Source: Candidatus Hydrogenedentota bacterium
GTDB taxonomy: Bacteria; Hydrogenedentota; Hydrogenedentia; Hydrogenedentales; SLHB01
Reading direction: 5' to 3'
NCBI GenBank assembly: GCA_963674865.2
Contig: CAXXYE010000009.1
Location: forward strand, 1,952,001 to 2,016,000
Length of the DNA: 64,000 nt
Part shown: one piece after another, positions 1-10,800 of the stretch
Position numbering within the stretch: position 1 is the first letter of the stretch
How the letters are laid out: each line of letters starts with the position of its first letter
The notes under the pieces: generated by a model
Told to the model about the DNA's origin: nothing
Database searches by the model: none
Seen by the model: only the letters and a program-made list of their open reading frames with translations
Made by a program: the position numbers and the translations under genes

Positions 1-1681
1 GCCAACTGCTGAGCGCTTTTTCTTGGCCGTAGCACCGCCCCACGTTGCCGCGAACCCGCAGTCTCGGGGAGAGTCCGGAGATTTGGAAGGCCTGCCAGGA
101 CAGGAAGACTTCCGCGGTCCATGCGGCCGCGCCGGCTCTCGAGGCCCCCTGGCACGATTCCTCGGAGGCGTTCTCGATGGCAACGGTCCTGTCGGGCGTC
201 AACGCGACGCAGCACAGTTCATCCCGGTATCCCAGAGGTTTGAAAGACACTTGAAGCCGCTCTCCGGGAGCAGCTTGACCTCCCGAGGGATACAGACATC
301 GGGCGCCCACATAGATTCCATGGTCATCGTAGAGCAACCGCACTTCCGTTTGCGCCGTAACAGGCGCGGGATGGTTGACGGGGGGAACAAAGGGCTCGAG
401 CGCCACGCCGTCGCCCCACACCGCATCATCCAGGACGCCGTCCACGCGAGGCGCCGCGACCGATTCCGGCAAGCGGGGAATCCATGCGCTTCGTTTCACC
501 ATTATGCCATCCTCTTGGGCCGCTTCCCTCCGGTCTCCGGCGGCCGCAAGGGCCGGTGCCATATCGAACGACAAGGTTTCCCCGGCATCCACCGCACGCC
601 GCGCATTGTGCAAGGCTTGTTCGGCCCCGGCAGGGATGTTCTCGTCCTTCCACCAGTCCATGGCCTCGCTGTAGCACCACACGTAGGTGTCAGAAGTGAA
701 TAGCGCCCAGTAGGCGTTGTGCTCAAACCACAGGGTTTGATCCTCCGGCGCCAAGAAGGCTCCAAGGGACTGGTTCTTCCGCAGGTCGTAGTAGTAGTCC
801 ATATAGAGGGCTTGCCCCATGCGGACTCTTTCCCGATAGAGACGCCAATACTCAGGCCCCACCAGGTAGCGGGCGCGCTGGGTCGTCGTGTGGTACGACT
901 CGAAATAGGGTTGCGCCTCCGTATAGTAGTAGGCGCTTTCATTGCCGTCGATGAATCTTGTGTTGGGGGAAGAGGCTTTCAGCATGCCCTCAAGAAAAGG
1001 AGCGAGCAAGCCGTAGCGGTGCCGGGAAAGCCGTTCCTGACGAAGCTCGTTGGGCATAGGCAGCAGCAGGTCTCGGAACACGCTATTCAGGAAGAAGGTG
1101 AGCACCTTCGGTGCGGGCAGCTCGCTTTCGATGGCCCGGATAAACTGAGCGCCCCGCTCGCGCGCCATGGCTTGGTATTCCGCGAAGGTCCTGTCTTTCC
1201 TATGCACGGCTTTGAGGTAGCTCCACGGCGTAGTCCCATAGGGCTCGGGGTCAAAACACACGCCGACACAGCCCGCGAGACGGGCGACGTGGGCCATCTG
1301 CGCGGCCCGGCGGGTGATGTGCTCCCAATGTTCATCCGAAAACCAATCCTGGTCAGAGGCGGACAGCATAAGCACGAAATTGTCCGTGAAGCTGTCCCCG
1401 GACACCCGGGGAGCGACATTCAGATCGTCCTGGAATCGATCCGCAGGGTCGGCTTGCGGCTCGAGCACGTTCTTTCCGCCAGAAAGCTCAAAAATAATTC
1501 CATCAAACGGGCGGGCTTCCATCGCGGCGAGATTATCCGCGACATATTCAAGCGTGGGCACATCCCAGCCATATTCAATGAGCTTCTTTCCGGAAAGCGG
1601 TCCAACCTGGGTATGAACCGCCGGTGAACCTGCCATCACGACCACAAGGACAAGAAAAACACCAAACCAATCAGATTTCAT
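1..1681 (-). CDS. Secreted hypothetical protein, putative glycan-active TIM-barrel-like domain plus C-terminal CBM9/DOMON-like domain; 3' end runs off the window
   Basis: Absent from the ORF track because it is open at the edge. My translation from ATG 1681 (GGTGAGG upstream) reads MKSDWFGVFLVLVVVMAGSPAVHTQ (signal-like) ...KKLIEYGWDVP...PFDGII...CFDPEPY...FIDGNESAYYY...APRVDGVLDDAVW...TEVRLLYDDHGIYVGARC. The last two motifs resemble CBM9-like sugar-binding domains. Confidence 0.75.
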   Translation of the reverse strand, partial: MKSDWFGVFLVLVVVMAGSPAVHTQVGPLSGKKLIEYGWDVPTLEYVADNLAAMEARPFDGIIFELSGGKNVLEPQADPADRFQDDLNVAPRVSGDSFTDNFVLMLSASDQDWFSDEHWEHITRRAAQMAHVARLAGCVGVCFDPEPYGTTPWSYLKAVHRKDRTFAEYQAMARERGAQFIRAIESELPAPKVLTFFLNSVFRDLLLPMPNELRQERLSRHRYGLLAPFLEGMLKASSPNTRFIDGNESAYYYTEAQPYFESYHTTTQRARYLVGPEYWRLYRERVRMGQALYMDYYYDLRKNQSLGAFLAPEDQTLWFEHNAYWALFTSDTYVWCYSEAMDWWKDENIPAGAEQALHNARRAVDAGETLSFDMAPALAAAGDRREAAQEDGIMVKRSAWIPRLPESVAAPRVDGVLDDAVWGDGVALEPFVPPVNHPAPVTAQTEVRLLYDDHGIYVGARCLYPSGGQAAPGERLQVSFKPLGYRDELCCVALTPDRTVAIENASEESCQGASRAGAAAWTAEVFLSWQAFQISGLSPRLRVRGNVGRCYGQEKALSSW

Positions 1682-1747
1682 GTTCATACCTCACCCGCAT
1701 TCCCTTAATGCGAATCTCCTCCTTATTCCTCTCGCCTCTAGCCTAAC

Positions 1748-2400
1748 GTTGGGAGACCCCCCGGCTGTGCCGGGGAGGCAGCCGAAGTTTGACAGTTCCA
1801 GGAGTCCATCGACGAAACTCCTAGGCGTGAGCCGCTCAAGCACACGCAAAGGAGTTCATCGATGGACGATTACCAGAGTCTAAGTCACACGAAATGGGAG
1901 TGCAAATACCATGTGGTGTTTATCCCGAAAGGCCGGCGGAAGACGCTGTATAAGGCGCTGCGGGAGCACCTGGGTGAGGTGTTTCGGGAACTTGCGTTGA
2001 GAAAGGAGAGCCGGGTTGAGGAAGGTCACCTGATGCCCGACCATGTGCACATGATGCTGACGATTCCCCCGAAGTACGCCGTATCGCAGGTGGTGGGCTA
2101 CGTCAAAGGGAAGAGCGCGATTCACATTGCTCGGGTCTATAGTGAGCGCAAGCGCAACTTCGTGGGGCAGCACTTCTGGGCACGGGGCTACTTCGTTTCT
2201 ACCTTGGGCCGAGACGAGGAGGTGATACGGGACTACATCAGGCGGCAGGAGCAGGAAGACCGCCGCCTGGACCAGATGGATATGCTACGCTGACAGCCAC
2301 CCGATAAGGGTGGCCCCAACGCGCGAGCGCGCTAGCGCCCAGCGCAGCCGCTTTGAGCGGCTCACACGGTAAAGCCCCCGGCTCTGCCGGGGGATACTTA
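1748..2400 (+). mobile_element. IS200/IS605-family insertion sequence, tnpA only (exact ends approximate)
   Basis: tnpA flanked by near-identical subterminal hairpins CCCCGGC-TGT-GCCGGGG (1759-1775) and CCCCCGGC-TCT-GCCGGGGG (2375-2393). GTGAGCCGCTCAA and TTGAGCGGCTCAC form an inverted pair on either side of the gene. No tnpB. Confidence 0.9.
1862..2293 (+). CDS. tnpA: IS200-like HUH (Y1) transposase
   Basis: HTKWECKYHVVFIPK, HUH motif DHVHM, KGKSA, FWARGYF, catalytic Tyr helix DYIRRQ; AAGGAG RBS. Confidence 0.95.
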   Translation: MDDYQSLSHTKWECKYHVVFIPKGRRKTLYKALREHLGEVFRELALRKESRVEEGHLMPDHVHMMLTIPPKYAVSQVVGYVKGKSAIHIARVYSERKRNFVGQHFWARGYFVSTLGRDEEVIRDYIRRQEQEDRRLDQMDMLR

Positions 2401-4074
2401 CTGTGCCATGAGTTCCACTTCGATGCTGTTTGGGTCATTCCCTCTCCTGAAGTCGACCGTGTGATTGGCGAAGCGGAAACGAGCGACATTGGGCGGCCCC
2501 AGAAAGGGTTGCAGTTTCGCAGCCACTGCAGGGGTCGCAAAATCGTCGAGGACAAGCCAATCACCCGTCACGGCAACGTCGCCGGCGTGTTTCTCGTAGA
2601 GCCTGCGTGCAATGATGCAGGTGGCGTTACCCTTTGTGACGTGTTCCGCTATTGCCTCGAAAGTTGCCCTGGACAGTGCGTGTCCGCAAACCACGAAACA
2701 CTCGACCGAGTCGAGCACCTCGCCGGTGACGCGATGATCGAACACGGCGACGCTGTCTATCGGGACAAAGAAATCCTGCATCTCCGGATAGGCCCTGCGA
2801 TTGTGGTAGGTAATCGCCCCTGCCTTCACCACGCCATGGGTGAGGATGGGCCAGACTTTGAGCCATTCGGCCGCCGCTACGTCCAGTGGGTGCAGGCGGT
2901 TTCCGAGAAGGCGGTTGCGCGAAGGCGCTTCGCGGCGCCCTTCTGCCGCGTCGAACTGCCCCCAGCCCCCGTCCGGCAAGCGGACGATGGCCACACGCGG
3001 GCGGTAGGTGCGCCAGTCGATGGGACGCGGGTGGTTGGGAACATAGTCCCTGGCAAATTCTCGCAAAACGAGTCCATAGGCCGTCAGTTCGTAGTGGTCC
3101 GGGTCCACCCAATGTATCAGAGAGCCCTCTTCCTCGGCCGCTGGGTGCCGTTTGCGGCTTCTGTCGAAATCGAGATTCTCGACATAAAGGCATTCCGCGC
3201 CGAGCCAATAGCCCATGAGCAAGGCGGACCGCAACGATTCCGGCGGGTGTCCGGGATAACCCATGATTCCCCATAAATCCGGCGATACCCAGAAGCTGGC
3301 GCCGCGGTCGTGGTACTGCAAGGCGGCCCCCAGCGCCACGGAAACCACAACCGCGTTGAGGTGCTCTTTGAGGAGCTTCGGTGCGGCCGTCCACCCGCCG
3401 CGTGCGAAGATGTGGAACAAGTCGGGCCAGACCTGCTCGGTGGTAAGCCGTACACGGTTGCCGTAATGCTCTTTTCGAATTCGGACGCACTCGGCCACAA
3501 GGGCGTCGTAGGCTTGCTCCAAACCCATCCCCGTCGTGTCTACGAGAAAAGGAATATCGCACGTGTCCCGAGGGTAGTCCGAGTACTTGTTGTTGCTGAG
3601 TTGCATGTGGGCGGCCTCGTCATAGACGAGGGCCTCCAGCGCGCGTGGACCGGCCGCGTCCAGGATTGGGTCCAGCCATTCCCGTCGGACAAGCCAGAAG
3701 TGGCGGCCACCTGGCTGGTCGAATTCGTTACGGCCAGGCGTTACCTCGATGGACTTGACGAAGTTCGGCTTTTCGAGGTTCAGCGCGTACCGCTTGCCGT
3801 GGGCCTTCATCCCGCGGTCGATCTCGACCATGCGCTCCGCAATCAGCGGCCCCGTGTCGACTCCTGGCTGTGACCAAGGCATGAGATGCACTACCACGAA
3901 CTCAACACCCAAGTCATGAAGGGCATCGTAGAATGGCTTATGGTTCCAGTAGTGGATCTCGTGGACGCCGCTTAGTGTCGAGCCCGCCGTATCTACGCCG
4001 ACTACCATGGGATATGTCACAGTCTGCGCCGGTGCGGCCCGCAGTTCGCAGAAGAAGCCAACCATTACTACCAA
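2398..4074 (-). CDS. Secreted hypothetical protein, putative glycoside-hydrolase-like; paralog of 4359-5966
   Basis: 558-aa ORF sharing many collinear motifs with 4359-5966. The start is uncertain; ATG 4099 lies one base out of frame. Confidence 0.8.
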   Translation of the reverse strand: MVVMVGFFCELRAAPAQTVTYPMVVGVDTAGSTLSGVHEIHYWNHKPFYDALHDLGVEFVVVHLMPWSQPGVDTGPLIAERMVEIDRGMKAHGKRYALNLEKPNFVKSIEVTPGRNEFDQPGGRHFWLVRREWLDPILDAAGPRALEALVYDEAAHMQLSNNKYSDYPRDTCDIPFLVDTTGMGLEQAYDALVAECVRIRKEHYGNRVRLTTEQVWPDLFHIFARGGWTAAPKLLKEHLNAVVVSVALGAALQYHDRGASFWVSPDLWGIMGYPGHPPESLRSALLMGYWLGAECLYVENLDFDRSRKRHPAAEEEGSLIHWVDPDHYELTAYGLVLREFARDYVPNHPRPIDWRTYRPRVAIVRLPDGGWGQFDAAEGRREAPSRNRLLGNRLHPLDVAAAEWLKVWPILTHGVVKAGAITYHNRRAYPEMQDFFVPIDSVAVFDHRVTGEVLDSVECFVVCGHALSRATFEAIAEHVTKGNATCIIARRLYEKHAGDVAVTGDWLVLDDFATPAVAAKLQPFLGPPNVARFRFANHTVDFRRGNDPNSIEVELMAQ

Positions 4075-4358
4075 AGAGACCAGAGAACGTTCCTTTCATG
4101 ACTTGATACAGGGCGTGCATGGCCCGGACAGCCGCCTCGATTCCGAGGCCAATAGGGGGCAGACCGTCGGCAACTCTATCTCTTCTGCTATTCAGACTCA
4201 ACTCTTTCGAACGGAATTGCCCTGAAGCTGTGGCCAACATGTAACGGTCCGCCGCGGCACTCCGCACAGACGACGTGATAGTATCGAGCCAATATGAAGA
4301 CTTGCCCTTGGTAGTGTGCATTCGCTGGTTGCCTGCAGAAAGAGCAAGGAGACTGTTG

Positions 4359-5966
4359 ATGATCGTGCTGCTTTCGATTGTCCTCGCGGCGTCGATGGGT
4401 AGCGAAAACCCATCATCGTTCCGCGTCGGGATTGAGCTGCCTTCCGAAGTGCCGGTTACGGAGGCGGTCGAGAACGCTCTGAAGGACATTGGCATCGACT
4501 TCGTGAACTTCTATGTGTCCAATACGCCCGCCCACGACCTTCCGGAGGACGAGACAGCGGTCGCCATGATCGCCCTCTGCGAGCGGCTCGGCCTGGACTT
4601 CGCACTCGCCTGCCACCATCGCGACCCGAGCGAAGCCTCCGTCCGCGCGACTTCCGCAAGTGCGGCACACTTCGAAGGGGTAGTGTTCGATGAATTGGCC
4701 CACATACGTCTGCTGCACCCCGAATTCGCTCCTCCGGACGCTGAAGGACTATTCGCCGACCCGACTGACTTCGGGTCGCTGCAAGAGGCTTGGCAAGCAA
4801 CCCTGGACGGCTTCAGGCGCCTCGCCACCAAGATGCACGGCTACGGAGCACCGCGTGTGGTCGCGACGCACGTCTGGCCGAACCTGTTGCACACGGCGGC
4901 GCGTGCCGGGTTCACGCCTTGTCCCAAGATCTGCAAGGAGTTCTACTCGCCCGTGAGTCTGGCCATCGGCTTGGGCGCGGCCCTGCAGTATGAGCGCGAT
5001 CTGTGGGTCGACTGCGATATGTGGTATTTCCAACTCGTGCCAGGGCACCCGCCCCAAGAGGTCTGGAGCAACCTGCTACTGGCCTACTGGCTCGGCGCTG
5101 ACTTGGTCTATCTTGAGGGGGCAGGATACAACCTGTTTCCTGCCGGCCGCCAAGGCACGCCTTTCTCGCTCGTGAATGTGCACCAGGACAAGCTCTATCA
5201 ACTTACGCCCCATGGCGAGATGCTAAAGCGTTTCTGCCGCGAATACTTGCCCGCCCATCCCCGGCCGTGGACTTTCCGCGACATTCGTCCCGAAGTGGCC
5301 ATCATTCGCTTTGAGGACGGCGATTTCGGACAGAGGTCATGGGGGGTGCCAGGGCTCTACGGGTCGAAGACACTGGTCGGCGATGCCGATACCCGTGCCT
5401 GGTTGAGCCTCTGGAGCGTACTCACTCGAGGGTGTACCGGCGCTGATGGGCTGGCGTATTTCAAGATTGGCGCCAAAGGACCCAAGTATGATTCGCGCCA
5501 CCATGTCGAAGTCACGCCCTCATATGTTACCGACCCGGAAGCTGCCGCGTTCCATTCCTTCTTTGTTCCCCTGAATGGAGTCGTAGTCTTCGACCATCAG
5601 GTGGGGTACGACCGTATCCGCGAGATACCTCTGCTGTTTCTGGCCGGCAAGGAACTCAGCCCGAAAACAGTGGATGCGGTGCGCCGCTGCGTAAAGGATG
5701 GGGCTGTGTGCGTGGCGTGGGGCCCTCTCGCTACACGCTGTGGTCTAGCGGAAAGCTGGGCCAGTGGTGTCGTCGTTGTACCCAGCGGGCTGGGACGATA
5801 CGTGTTTACCGGTGATTTTGCCGCCCCCGAAGCCTTGGCGGAATATGAGGAGTGGATTGCCAAGGAGGACGAGATTCGCTACCGCTTCGCGAGTCACACG
5901 GTCATCCTCCGCCGCGCTGCGTCCGACAACGAAGTGGCGGTGGAAACGCTTGCAAATGACCCCTGA
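4359..5966 (+). CDS. Secreted hypothetical protein, putative glycoside-hydrolase-like; paralog of 2398-4074
   Basis: AAGGAG RBS at 4346-4351 before ATG 4359; hydrophobic N-terminus MIVLLSIVLAASMG; shared motifs GAALQY, PGHPP, YWLGA, HPRP, FFVP, VFDH. Confidence 0.8.
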   Translation: MIVLLSIVLAASMGSENPSSFRVGIELPSEVPVTEAVENALKDIGIDFVNFYVSNTPAHDLPEDETAVAMIALCERLGLDFALACHHRDPSEASVRATSASAAHFEGVVFDELAHIRLLHPEFAPPDAEGLFADPTDFGSLQEAWQATLDGFRRLATKMHGYGAPRVVATHVWPNLLHTAARAGFTPCPKICKEFYSPVSLAIGLGAALQYERDLWVDCDMWYFQLVPGHPPQEVWSNLLLAYWLGADLVYLEGAGYNLFPAGRQGTPFSLVNVHQDKLYQLTPHGEMLKRFCREYLPAHPRPWTFRDIRPEVAIIRFEDGDFGQRSWGVPGLYGSKTLVGDADTRAWLSLWSVLTRGCTGADGLAYFKIGAKGPKYDSRHHVEVTPSYVTDPEAAAFHSFFVPLNGVVVFDHQVGYDRIREIPLLFLAGKELSPKTVDAVRRCVKDGAVCVAWGPLATRCGLAESWASGVVVVPSGLGRYVFTGDFAAPEALAEYEEWIAKEDEIRYRFASHTVILRRAASDNEVAVETLANDP

Positions 5967-6033
5967 CCTATCGCCCAGTGGTGGGAGAAGTAGACTCGGA
6001 ATTGTTCTTGCCCCAAATGGAAGGAGAAAACAC

Positions 6034-7494
6034 ATGGATCGCCGGCAGTTTCTTAAGGCTATGGGCCTAAGCATTGCCACGCTCAGCAGCAGCGCCGCGC
6101 TCGGTGCAAAACCCCCGTCAAACACCAGTTTCCTCTTTATCCTCGCCGATGACCTTGGTTGGACGGACCTCGGGTGCTTCGGTAGCTCCTTCTACGAAAC
6201 GCCCAACCTCGACCTGCTCGCCGCCGAAGGCATGCGGTTCACCAGCGCGTACGCCGCCTGCCCCGTGTGCAGTCCGACCCGGGCTAGCATCATGACGGGC
6301 AAATACCCGGCGCGCCTTGATCTCACGACCTATATCAGTCTCAATCAGGGGAATCAGCCCGAAAACTGGCAACGCAATACGCCGCTGTTGCCGGCGGCCT
6401 ATGAGGACCGGATGCCTCTCGAGGAAGTGACCATGGCCGAGGCCTTCAAGAATCACGGCTATGCGACGTTTTTCGCTGGGAAGTGGCATTTAGGCCCCGA
6501 GGGGTGGTATCCGGAAGATCAGGGGTTCGACGTCAACAAGGGGGGCTATGAATGCGGCGGACCTTACGGGGGCAACAAGTACTTTTCACCCTATGGCAAT
6601 CCGCGGCTCGAAGACGGTCCTGAAGGCGAACACCTCCCGGATCGGCTCGCCTCGGAAACCGTCAAATTCATACGGGAACATAAGGATAAGCCGTTCCTGG
6701 CCTATCTGTCCTTCTATTCGGTCCACACCCCGCTGATGGCGCGCACAGACCTGCAAGCAAAGTACGAGGAGAAACGCCAGCACTGGCCCGAGACGCAGTG
6801 GGGCAAGGAAGGCGAACGCAAGGTACGGGAAGTACAGAATCATGCGGTGTACGCGGCGATGGTCGCCGCATTGGACCAAGCCGTAGGGGAAGTGCTCGAC
6901 GCCCTTCAGGAAACGGGTTTGTACGATAACACGGTGATAATCTTCACGTCAGACAATGGCGGGCTTTCAACTTCGGAGGGGCACCCCACCTCAAACCTGC
7001 CGCTCCGCGCGGGCAAAGGGTGGCTATATGAGGGCGGGATCCGGGAGCCCCTGATCGTAAGGTGTCCGGGCATAACGCCAGAGGGGGCTACGTGCAACAC
7101 ACCCGTCATAAGCACGGATTTCTACCCCACGATGTTGGAATTGGCGGGGTTTCCACCGCTGAAGGTTCAGCACGTAGATGGTGTCAGCTTCGTTTCTCTT
7201 CTGAAGGGGCGCTACGGCCTCGAACGCGAAGCGCTCTACTGGCACTTCCCGCACTACGCCAATCAGGGAGGTAGCCCGGGCGCAGCGGTACGAGCCGGCA
7301 ACTGGAAACTGATCAGGTTTTTTGAAGACAACCATGTCGAGTTGTACAACCTCGAAATGGACGTCTCAGAAGAACATGATCTGTCGGTGGCCATGCCAGA
7401 GAAAGCGCGGGCGTTGGCGGAGATGCTGGACCGCTGGCAGCGAAGCGTCGGTGCGAAATTCCCCAAAGTCAATCCGGGGTACCACATCAAATAG
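6034..7494 (+). CDS. Cys-type (formylglycine) sulfatase with Tat signal peptide
   Basis: MDRRQFLK twin-arginine signal; ILADDLG, CSPTRASIMTG (CxPxR), AGKWHLG, TSDNGG, GKGWLYEGGIREP; AAGGAG RBS. Confidence 0.95.
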   Translation: MDRRQFLKAMGLSIATLSSSAALGAKPPSNTSFLFILADDLGWTDLGCFGSSFYETPNLDLLAAEGMRFTSAYAACPVCSPTRASIMTGKYPARLDLTTYISLNQGNQPENWQRNTPLLPAAYEDRMPLEEVTMAEAFKNHGYATFFAGKWHLGPEGWYPEDQGFDVNKGGYECGGPYGGNKYFSPYGNPRLEDGPEGEHLPDRLASETVKFIREHKDKPFLAYLSFYSVHTPLMARTDLQAKYEEKRQHWPETQWGKEGERKVREVQNHAVYAAMVAALDQAVGEVLDALQETGLYDNTVIIFTSDNGGLSTSEGHPTSNLPLRAGKGWLYEGGIREPLIVRCPGITPEGATCNTPVISTDFYPTMLELAGFPPLKVQHVDGVSFVSLLKGRYGLEREALYWHFPHYANQGGSPGAAVRAGNWKLIRFFEDNHVELYNLEMDVSEEHDLSVAMPEKARALAEMLDRWQRSVGAKFPKVNPGYHIK

Positions 7495-7842
7495 CGAGAG
7501 CCACAAAGTTATGCGCCAAACCTGTCGCGGTGGCCTTTAGGTTTGGACGCGTCTCGTGGGCTCTTTTAGGAAACGGGAAGAGCACTACTGACCAGGCATC
7601 CCGAAGATCCCTGGAAGCGCTGTCTTTGGCTCAAATCGGTCGAGATTTGGGATGTTTACGGGTGCTGTGAACAACAGATAGAAGGAATTGAACGTTTCCT
7701 GAGTGTTCCGACCTTACGGGACCCACAACGCCGACCTGCCGTGCACATTCCCGAGGAACCGTTCTGTGACCACGCCTCCGCCGCGAAGGTCGTGACAGCG
7801 TAGCCTTGTCCGGAGTTCGTCTCGTTCCTTGGACCCGTTCCC

Positions 7843-10800
7843 TCACTTCATATATCGGTCAAGCCAGGCAAAGGCGTCCTCTTGCATAGCCGCATTGAAC
7901 TCGTGGGGGACGTCCCAGAGTCGGCAGTAGAGACTCTCCGCAACGTCTTGCGACTCCCAAACCTCCCGCATGCGTGTATAGGCGGCTTCCACGCCGGGTA
8001 CGGGGAACAGGCCATCCCGCGAACCGTTGAAGAACAACATGGGCTTCGGACACGCGATGGCGGCGACATCGGGATAGTCGAGGGCGTTGCGCAGATCCGG
8101 ATGAATCATGCTGTACGCCGAGTACCCTGTGGTCTGGTTATTGCCCTCCTCGGCGAGGGTTGCCGTATCGCCTATCCAACAAATGGCGGCGCCGGCCTTC
8201 ACAATATCCGTCGCGGCGGCGAGATGCCACGTGCGGTTGGCGCCCATGGAAAGGCCGACGCACGCAATCCGGTCGGGATCGACCTCCGGCAGCCCTTGGA
8301 GAAACTCCGCGCTGCGGATGTCATCCCGCACGTTGTACCCTGCCCATGAGTAGCCGAGCTGCAGCATGTTGGCGCCGACCGCCTGCTGGTCTTCGTAGTC
8401 GACGCCTTCCATGCGCCCGCGGTCTCCCCAGTACAACACGTCGATGGCGAATACCACGTAACCGCGCTTAGCAAGTTCGTCTCCGATCCAACGGCCGCCG
8501 TAACACTCGTTCACCCACGCTGTGGCATCGTCGAGCACGGCTTGGGATTCCCCGAAAGGCCGCACGACCTTCTCCTTGCCGATGGAGAAATGCGCCCCGT
8601 GATCGTGCAGGGCGATCATCCCCGGGAAGGGGCCGTTGCCCTTCGGCACGAGCAAGTAGGCTTTGATGCGGCAGTCGGCATTGATGTTGAAAGCAATCTT
8701 GCGGGCCTCATACGTCTCGCGATCCTCGACGGCGATCACGGCGGGGGCAAAGGGCGCCCGTCGCGGCGGGGTCGACAAGCTGTCCAGGTATACGCGCCTT
8801 GCTTCTGCGCGCCAGTCCGCGAATGGCAAGTCCGTGTGCTGCCACGCCAACGGAAAATCCATGCGCCGTACCCGAGCGTCGTTGAACGACGGCAACATCC
8901 GGCGAACGCCATAAGTGTCCACTCCGGCCACGGCTTCGGGCGGGGCGGCAGGTGCGGCCCGCCAGCGCACCGCGTCCAGTTCATACCGGGCGCGCAGATC
9001 GTCGAGCGTGCCTTCCAGCAGATACACATGGACGCGCAAGGTCGTGGGACCGTCCTTGCGCAGGGGCGTCGAGCCTTGCGAGTGGATACAACGGTGCGAT
9101 GCCCCCGCGTTGTTGCACAGGCTGGTCGAGAACTCCGCTGCCGTGGCGGCCACCCACCGGCCGTCCGGGCTCGTGCAAGCGATAAGCGCGTTGTCGGGCC
9201 GAGGCGACTGAATAGTGCGCCATCCGCTCTCGGCCATGCCGCCGGTCATCTCCGGCGAAGGGTAGCCCGTGATGTATAGAACATTGCGCTCATTTCCGCC
9301 CGCACACGATCCGACGCTGGTCCACTCACCGTCGCTGAGAAACCACAGCCTGTTGAGCAGGTCTTGTGCGTCCGTCTCGAAGATGCCACCGTTCATCTGA
9401 GTACAAGGCCCTACGCCTAGGTTGCCGCTGGGGACGACGCCGGGCTTCGGCCAAGTTGTGTAGGTGCACTCAACATAATCGGGATGCGGCACAAAGCTGG
9501 CGCTAAACGTGGCGCTTTCCCGGTCGATCGTGTAGGAAACCGCACCGTTCGCTTCATCCCGTTTCCAATCCAAGGCCATTCCACCGAGTTCTTCTTCCGA
9601 ATAACCCAGTTCTGGGAAAGTCACCCATTCGGGCCCCCAAAGCAGAAAACCGACGCTCGGATCGTCAGGCCGTTCGATACGAAGATACGATCCCTTATCT
9701 GCGGGCGTGAGCCGTAGCCGTCCGTCGGGAATACGCGCCACCACAGAGGCCAACTCAGGGCTCATCCCGAACAGCCGCTCCGCGGGCCGGTGCCTTAGGT
9801 AGAATCGCAACACGTCGGGGAAATATACCAAGCCCTCCGGCGGTGAATAACCCACACTCACCGCGCCCTCAGTGTAGTCGCGGGATGGGTCTCGGTCATC
9901 CGGCTTGGCGTAAAGGTCGTAGATGGTCTTCCCTTCAGGTATCGCGCCGGTTGTCTGCTCCCAACCGGTCACGGACGCCAAGATACGGCCCGAGCGTCGA
10001 AATCCCGCGACCCTCGCTTGCAGGGCGCGTTCAATGGCGTCGATCAAGTTGTCAATGGGCTCGCCGCGGGCCTCGAGCACCGATGCAGCCCGGACGAGTT
10101 GGGCTGCGTGTTCCATGTTCTGGCTGAGAGTCAATCCTGAACTCGCGGGGTGTGGGTACCGCCACCCGCCGGTCGGGTCTTGCGAGGCCGCCAGAAAATC
10201 GGCCACGGCACGCACCACATCGCGCAAGCGCGGCTCGTCGGGACATTCGGCCAACAACTCCGGCAACCCGGCTAACGCATATCCGATGATGTAAGGCTTG
10301 GCGAATGGCGCCTCGTAGCCGTGCTGGTCGTCATCGATGAATGGACCGTCCTTCACAATGGGCTCGCCGCCTTGGCTGAACAAGTCGCCAGCCGACAGTT
10401 TTGTGCGGAGTTCGCTGAACAGCCGCAAGGCCTCCCGCTTGAACCGGATGCCACCGGTGAACCGGTACAGGCGCATGAAATCGGCTACGTCACCGATGTT
10501 CCGGCATTGGCCCGTATCGGTGTGGACGTGATTTGCCGCGTAGTCGAGCTGGCTCAGCAACGCCGCCATCATGCGCGGGTCACCGGTCTCTTCATAGGCA
10601 TAGAAAAAGGCGTCGTAGCCTTTTGTGCAAAACGTGCTCGCGCCGTCAAGGCGCCACATGAAATCCGGGTCCCGCTCCTTACTTCCCGTCGCGGAAGCAC
10701 TGTTGTACCGTGTACCGCCGAAATCATCATCGTCGCCCCACCAAAGCGACAGGTCATGCATGTTGTTGCACCACAACACCGCCGCGTTACGTAGGGCCCT

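Noticed and set aside
23..1627. Plus-strand ORFs 23-703 and 719-1627
   Set aside because: They are antisense shadows of the real minus-strand gene 1-1681.
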